Shown piece after piece: positions 59,452 through 64,000 of a stretch of 64,000 nucleotides of DNA. Origin of the DNA: Fermentimonas sp. (lineage in GTDB: Bacteria; Bacteroidota; Bacteroidia; Bacteroidales; Dysgonomonadaceae); NCBI GenBank assembly GCA_015478775.1, contig JADMKP010000008.1:184076-248075 (forward strand), written 5' to 3'. The notes under the pieces were generated by a model. The model was not told the DNA's origin. It saw only the letters and a program-made list of their open reading frames with translations, and made no database searches. Each line of letters begins with the position of its first letter. Within the stretch, counting starts at the first letter, position 1. The translations under genes and the position numbers were made by a program.

Positions 59452-60081
59452 ATGGCAAAAACTACAAAAAAGGTTCCAGCTCTGAATGCTAGTTCAATGG
59501 CTGATATTTCTTTCCTGTTGCTTACATTCTTCTTGCTGGTATCAAATATGGATGTTGATTCTGGATTGGCTAGACGCCTTCCTCCTCCTCCACAGTCAGA
59601 TGATCAGACATCTGTTGATGTTCAGCGTAGGAATTTGCTAGTGGTGTTGGTAAATGCACAGAACGAAATTCTGTTACAAGACCAACAAGGTGTTATTGTA
59701 TACGCTAATGAAGATGATTTGATGGGTGGTGCTGGTCGTGCTGCAATGAAAGATGTTGTTAAGGGTTTTGTTCTTAATGAATCTAACAGCCAAGACTTGC
59801 CACAGCTTATTGAGGAAGACTTTGGTCCCCCTATTGGAATAGTGCCCGTTACATCTAACCATGTTGTTTCTATTCAAAATGATGCTACAACTAGGTACAG
59901 TGCTTATATTGCTGTTCAGAATGAAGTCGTAAAAGCATATAATGAGTTGAGACAAGAAGGAGCAAGAAGATATTTTGGAACTGCATATGAAGAACTGACA
60001 GTAGAGCAGAAAAGTCAGATTGATACACTTTATCCACAACGTATCTCTGAGGCTGAACCTAAAAATTATGGAGATCAATAA
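59452..60081 (+). CDS. exbD: ExbD/TolR-family protein
   Basis: SSMADISFLLLTFF TM with the essential Asp; QRISEAEP C-terminus. Confidence 0.92.
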   Translation: MAKTTKKVPALNASSMADISFLLLTFFLLVSNMDVDSGLARRLPPPPQSDDQTSVDVQRRNLLVVLVNAQNEILLQDQQGVIVYANEDDLMGGAGRAAMKDVVKGFVLNESNSQDLPQLIEEDFGPPIGIVPVTSNHVVSIQNDATTRYSAYIAVQNEVVKAYNELRQEGARRYFGTAYEELTVEQKSQIDTLYPQRISEAEPKNYGDQ

Positions 60082-60083
60082 TT

Positions 60084-60542
60084 ATGGGAAAATTTAATAA
60101 AAGCGGCAAAAAAGATATGCCCGAAATGAATACATCTTCAATGCCTGATATTGTATTCGCTATTCTGTTTTTCTTTATGGTTACAACTACTATGCGCTCA
60201 GAAACTCTGTTGGTGCAGATGAAGTTGCCCTCCGCAACTGAAGTTCAGAAACTAGAGAAAAAGTCATTGGTTACTTATATTAATATTGGAGTTCCTATGG
60301 ACAACAGATTAGGTACAGGTACCCAGATGCAGCTGAATGATAGATTCGCACAAGTTGCTGATATACAAAACTATATCGCGCAAGAAAAAGCTAGTATGAA
60401 TGAAGCTGATCAACCCTTAATGACTGTATCTATAAAGGCAGATGAAAATACGCGTATGCAATATATTACTGAAGTAAAACAAGCATTGCGTCAAGCTTAT
60501 GCATTAAAAATTAGTTATTCTGCAAGAAAATCTGAAAACTAA
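60084..60542 (+). CDS. exbD: Second ExbD/TolR-family protein
   Basis: SSMPDIVFAILFFF, LPSAT, IKADE. Confidence 0.92.
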   Translation: MGKFNKSGKKDMPEMNTSSMPDIVFAILFFFMVTTTMRSETLLVQMKLPSATEVQKLEKKSLVTYINIGVPMDNRLGTGTQMQLNDRFAQVADIQNYIAQEKASMNEADQPLMTVSIKADENTRMQYITEVKQALRQAYALKISYSARKSEN

Positions 60543-60566
60543 TATTTTTTATTGTATCTAAATAAT

Positions 60567-60599
60567 ACCGGAGGTCTATAGAGACTTCCGGTTTTTTTT
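60567..60599 (+). terminator. Terminator of the exbBD operon
   Basis: accggaggtct / agacttccggt followed by T8. Confidence 0.88.
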
Positions 60600-60822
60600 A
60601 GAGTTTCTGGTTTAAAGTATAAGTTTATACAAGCATATCAATTTAATTTATAATAGAAAGATAAACAAATTTCCCTATTTAATGTTTTACTCTTAATTAT
60701 TGGGATGTTTAAATAATGTATGAGCAATAAATTGCTTGATAATTTAACTATAACTGTTTAATTTCAGATATTATTAAGCTACAATATTTAACTTAAGAAA
60801 GAGAATAAATGAAATTTATATA

Positions 60823-61239
60823 ATGAAAAGAAAAAACGATTTATTACAACTAGGGTGGCTAATATTAAGATTTGGAATTGGTATATCAATTTTCCTACAT
60901 GGTCTTCCTAAAATTATGGGTGGAGCTGAGACATGGACTATGGTAGGTAGTACTATGTCTAACTTCGGTATATATTCAGGACATACATTCTGGGGTTTGC
61001 TTGCTGCATTTGCCGAAACAGTTGGAGGAATTCTATTTGCTTTGGGATTGATCTTCAGACCGGCTGCTTTAATGCTTACTGGAACTATGGTTGTTGCTCT
61101 AATAACTCACCTTTCTGCAGGTGATAGTTTTATGGTATATGGTCATGCATTAGACCTTTTAATAGTTTTTGCGGGATCAGTGTTTATAGGAGCAGGAAAA
61201 TACTCAATAGATAATAAATTATTCCCTAAAATTGCTTAA
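60823..61239 (+). CDS. DoxX-family membrane protein
   Basis: LILRFGIG..HGLPK, AETVGGILFALG. Confidence 0.88.
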   Translation: MKRKNDLLQLGWLILRFGIGISIFLHGLPKIMGGAETWTMVGSTMSNFGIYSGHTFWGLLAAFAETVGGILFALGLIFRPAALMLTGTMVVALITHLSAGDSFMVYGHALDLLIVFAGSVFIGAGKYSIDNKLFPKIA

Positions 61240-61310
61240 TTAAGATATAAGCTAAGATTACATACTTCAGATTTAAATTAAGTTTACCAAACTGAGTAAA
61301 GGTAAATAAA

Positions 61311-61360
61311 AAAACCCCCCTTTTCTACGACTAAAATGCGTAAGAATGGGGGGTTGTTTT
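61311..61360. terminator. Long hairpin between convergent doxX and ffs
   Basis: aacccccc / ggggggtt outer stem with inner ttc/gaa and tacg/cgta pairs. Confidence 0.7.
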
Positions 61361-61375
61361 TATTAAATAAAAAAA

Positions 61376-61471
61376 GGGTAAGCTTACTATATCGCGCCGC
61401 TACAACCAAATACCCTTGCTTCGATCAAGACCTGGGGGATTAAATGGGAGCTGGCCGTATAGGACTTACCC
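61376..61471 (-). ncRNA. ffs: Signal recognition particle RNA (small bacterial type)
   Basis: 96-nt rod closed by GGGUAAG/CUUACCC; symmetric-loop CAGG...AGCA; own promoter; T-run immediately downstream. Confidence 0.88.
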
Positions 61472-61476
61472 AACTG

Positions 61477-61506
61477 CAAAGATAGTGTTTTTTTTAAATA
61501 TACAAA
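61477..61506 (-). promoter_or_regulatory. Promoter of ffs
   Basis: Minus strand TTTG-N18-TATCTTTG ending 5 nt before the RNA 5' end. Confidence 0.75.
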
Positions 61507-61606
61507 AGGGTAAATTGATTTTTACTATTCAACTCAAATATTTATCTTTGTAAAACCAATGTAGCTTTAACTTTGAAAATGCATTTAAATCAAAAAAAGT
61601 ATAAAC

Positions 61607-62833
61607 ATGACAATTGTAGATCGTTTTATTAAATATGTTCGTATTGATACTCAGTCAGATGAGAATAATACACAGACTCCCAGTACTCAGAAGCAATTTA
61701 ATTTAGCCAAAGAGGTCGAAAGAGAGGCTCTTGAAATGGGATTATCAGATGTTAGTTTAGATAACAATTGTTATTTGATGGCAACTCTCCCTTCTAATAC
61801 AAATAAGATGAATGTACCTGTAATTGGTTTTATATCACATTTTGATACAAGCCCTGATATGAGTGGGAAAAATGTTAATCCAACTATAATTAAAAATTAC
61901 GGTGGTGAGGACATTGTTCTTAATGAAGCAAATAATGTAGTACTATCTCCTAAGGATTTTTCTGAATTGTTGAAATTCAAAGGTGATGACATAATTGTTA
62001 CAGATGGGACAACACTATTGGGAGCAGACGATAAGGCAGGTATTGCTGAGATAATGGATGCAATGCAATATCTTATCGATCATCCTGAAATTGAGCATGG
62101 AAAAATAAGAATAGCCTTCACACCGGATGAAGAAATAGGTAGGGGTGCTGATAAATTCGATGTTAAGAAATTTGGGGCTGATTGGGCATATACAATAGAT
62201 GGTAGCGAGATTGGTGAACTTGAATATGAAAACTTTAATGCTGCATATGCTAAAATTGAAATCCAGGGAAGAAATGTGCACCCGGGCTATGCAAAGAATA
62301 AAATGATTAATGCACTTCATATTGCAAATGAACTTTCATCGATGCTACCACAAGAAGAGCGTCCTGAAAAAACTCAAGGATACGAAGGTTTTTTCCATCT
62401 TATTTCTTTAAATGGCACTGTTGAAGACTCTAAAATGTCATACATTATAAGAGATCATGATAGAGTGAAATTTGAAGAACGCAAAAATACATTAAGCAAA
62501 ATTGTTGAAGAACTCAATAACAGATACAATAATCGTATCACTCTTGAAATGAAAGATCAGTATTTTAATATGAGAGAGAAAATTGAGCCTGTTATGCATA
62601 TTGTAGATTATGCGCACCGTGCAATGGAAGAACTTGGTATTAAGCCTATTGTTAAGCCAATACGTGGTGGAACTGATGGCTCTAAGTTATCTTTCATGGG
62701 ATTACCTTGTCCAAATATTTTTGCAGGAGGTATGAACTTTCATGGTAAATATGAGTTTCTGCCTATACCAGCATTAGAAAAAGCTTCTAAGGTTATTGTA
62801 AAAATAGCCGAATTAGTAGCCAAAGAAAATTAA
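61607..62833 (+). CDS. pepT: Peptidase T (M20B)
   Basis: [39 protein letters not shown]. Confidence 0.96.
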   Translation: MTIVDRFIKYVRIDTQSDENNTQTPSTQKQFNLAKEVEREALEMGLSDVSLDNNCYLMATLPSNTNKMNVPVIGFISHFDTSPDMSGKNVNPTIIKNYGGEDIVLNEANNVVLSPKDFSELLKFKGDDIIVTDGTTLLGADDKAGIAEIMDAMQYLIDHPEIEHGKIRIAFTPDEEIGRGADKFDVKKFGADWAYTIDGSEIGELEYENFNAAYAKIEIQGRNVHPGYAKNKMINALHIANELSSMLPQEERPEKTQGYEGFFHLISLNGTVEDSKMSYIIRDHDRVKFEERKNTLSKIVEELNNRYNNRITLEMKDQYFNMREKIEPVMHIVDYAHRAMEELGIKPIVKPIRGGTDGSKLSFMGLPCPNIFAGGMNFHGKYEFLPIPALEKASKVIVKIAELVAKEN

Positions 62834-62862
62834 CACGTCATTATTATAATTATCAATTCAAA

Positions 62863-63948
62863 ATGAAACAGACTCCATTTACAGAACTCCATATATCTCT
62901 AGATGCAAAAATGCACGAGTTTGCTGGTTATAATATGCCAATTGAGTATACAGGTATAATTGAAGAACACCAAACTGTAGTTAATGGTGTGGGTGTATTT
63001 GATGTATCTCATATGGGAGAGTTTTGGGTAAAAGGGCCAAAAGCATTAGAGTATCTTCAAAAGATAACAAGTAATGATGTTACTAAGCTTCAGCTAGGCA
63101 AAGCGCAGTATACGTGTTTTTTAAATGAGAATGGTGGAATAGTAGACGATTTTATCCTTTACTATTACGAATCCGAAAAGTATTTGCTGGTTGTAAATGC
63201 TGCTAATATTGATAAAGATTGGCAGTGGTGTAAGAAATGGAACACAGAGGGTGCTATACTTGAAAATGCTTCTGATAATATGGCACAACTTGCGGTGCAA
63301 GGCCCCAAGGCTGTTGAAACACTACAGAAACTCACGAAGGTTGATCTTTCCACAATTCCATCATATGAATTTGTAACAGGGCAATTTGCCGGAGTGGATA
63401 ATGTGATTATTTCGCATACAGGATATACTGGTGCTGGTGGTTTTGAGCTCTATTTTTATCCTTCAGAAGGACTTAAAATATGGGAAGCTGTTTTTGAAGC
63501 CGGAGAAGAGTTTGGGATAAAACCTATTGGACTGGGTGCAAGAGATACCTTGAGACTTGAAATGGGTTATTGTTTATATGGCCATGAACTTGATGATGTG
63601 ACCACTCCATTAGAAGCAGGTTTAGGATGGATTACTAAATTTGCAGAGAATAAGCCATTTATCGGTAGAGATGTATTAGAAAAACTAAAATCAGAAGGCG
63701 TTTCAAAGAAATTATGCTGCTTTGAATTAATTGATCGAGGTATTCCTCGTCAAGGCTACGAAATTGTAAATCTTAACAACGAAGTCATAGGAAAAGTAAC
63801 TTCAGGAACAATGTCTCCAATGCTTAAGAAAGGTATCGGTATGGGCTATATTAAAACAGAGTATGCTAAACAAGGAAATGAAATTGCTATAAAAATAAGA
63901 AACAAATCACTAAAAGCTGAAATAGTGAAAGCACCTTTCAGAAAATAA
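62863..63948 (+). CDS. gcvT: Glycine cleavage system aminomethyltransferase T
   Basis: [38 protein letters not shown]. Confidence 0.97.
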   Translation: MKQTPFTELHISLDAKMHEFAGYNMPIEYTGIIEEHQTVVNGVGVFDVSHMGEFWVKGPKALEYLQKITSNDVTKLQLGKAQYTCFLNENGGIVDDFILYYYESEKYLLVVNAANIDKDWQWCKKWNTEGAILENASDNMAQLAVQGPKAVETLQKLTKVDLSTIPSYEFVTGQFAGVDNVIISHTGYTGAGGFELYFYPSEGLKIWEAVFEAGEEFGIKPIGLGARDTLRLEMGYCLYGHELDDVTTPLEAGLGWITKFAENKPFIGRDVLEKLKSEGVSKKLCCFELIDRGIPRQGYEIVNLNNEVIGKVTSGTMSPMLKKGIGMGYIKTEYAKQGNEIAIKIRNKSLKAEIVKAPFRK

Positions 63949-64000
63949 ATTGTGAAGAAGGCAAAGATAGCTAAGAATATCTTTTTTATTCTCGGTGCGA

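Overview
AT-rich chromosomal window from a Bacteroidales bacterium. The assignment rests on SusC/SusD, fused LpxC-FabZ, TAnnTTTG promoters and a hybrid two-component system; a Dysgonomonadaceae-like origin is inference only. Most of it is core genome: lpxD-lpxC/fabZ-lpxA running into agmatine deiminase and N-carbamoylputrescine amidase, rseC-rnfBCDGEA, acn-icd-gltA-icd, EF-G2, a Ca-type P-ATPase, oadGAB, pnp, greA, coaA, htpG, lon, hpt, a tonB...exbB-X-exbD-exbD region, pepT and gcvT, plus tRNA-Pro(GGG), tRNA-Ser(GGA) and the SRP RNA. There is no CRISPR array, prophage, integrase or intact IS. The best candidate for an undescribed system is 32077-39209 (minus strand): a sensor-less hybrid kinase/AraC regulator, a ~390-nt leader, an HU-like protein, an orphan 204-aa protein, an acidic 888-aa coiled-coil surface lipoprotein and an OmpA. 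Other notable signals: two IDHs with predicted opposite cofactor preference flanking citrate synthase; a perfect Cur/BT4338-type palindrome upstream of an EF-G2 that lacks the catalytic His; sigma54-type -24/-12 boxes before both htpG and lon; an SRP RNA without the GNRA tetraloop; a group IIC intron 5' stub behind a terminator; a repeated palindromic hairpin; a 25-bp VNTR; a type I pantothenate kinase; and an orphan SusC/D pair with a LacI-type operator. All assignments come from reading motifs by eye; no database searches were run.
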